From Mobula hypostoma (lineage: Eukaryota): a stretch of 64,000 nt of DNA. Within the stretch, counting starts at the first letter, position 1. The number at the start of each line of letters is the position of its first letter. Under the pieces are notes generated by a model. The model did not search any database. It was given only the letters and a program-made list of their open reading frames with translations, and was not told the DNA's origin. The stretch spans positions 13,702,001 through 13,766,000 of the forward strand of contig NC_086110.1 of NCBI RefSeq assembly GCF_963921235.1, given 5' to 3'. The position numbers and the translations under genes are program-made. Below are positions 63,746-64,000 of the stretch, one piece after another.

Positions 63746-63749
63746 GGTA

Positions 63750-64000
63750 CCATCGACAGTGGTGCTTGCTTACATCGATTTTCGCATAGCCTTTGACTCC
63801 AATTTACAGAGGTAAAATGATGAAGATCCTGAAAGCTTACCGAGTGCCAGACCATCTACTGAGAGCAATAGAGTCCAGCTATAACAAAACCATGGCGAAA
63901 GTTGTATCACCAGACGGAAAAACAGCAGTGTTTCAGCTCCTAGGTGGTGTGCTGCAAGGAGACAATATGGCACCCTACATCATTATAATCGTCCTTGACT
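63750..64000 (+). mobile_element. RTE/RTEX-clade LINE RT fragment running off the window
   Basis: YIDFRIAFDS...GKMMKILKAYRVP...KVVSPDGKT...GVLQGDNMAPYIIIIVLD. Confidence 0.85.

Noticed and set aside
63023-63855. Pro/Ser-rich and Gly/Leu-rich ORFs of 95-146 aa
   Set aside because: They are by-products of stop-free tandem repeats, with no splice or domain evidence.

Overview
Vertebrate genomic DNA, most likely from a cartilaginous fish (inferred from the CR1, L1, Rex1 and Penelope-type repeat set and the immune-gene style, not verified). Most of the window is nested retroelement debris: a full-span L1 with a 17-bp TSD, many CR1 LINEs inserted into one another, solo LTRs, a Gypsy gag relic, a mariner-type MITE, an RTE fragment, and an internally deleted two-LTR class I (gamma/epsilon-like) provirus at 28.2-35.5 kb with a tRNA-Arg PBS. 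The only well-supported host gene is on the minus strand at about 12.3-19.2 kb. It is a non-rearranging, antigen-receptor-like IgSF gene with exons leader / germline-joined VJ / C1 / TM / short cytoplasmic exons. It has an unusually compact V domain and Glu-Arg at the start of the TM. About 4.7 kb upstream on the same strand lies an orphan ITIM-bearing terminal exon with a decayed tandem duplicate, suggesting a paired activating/inhibitory receptor cluster. TE boundaries are approximate unless a TSD is quoted. Alignments and counts were done by eye and no database search was run.
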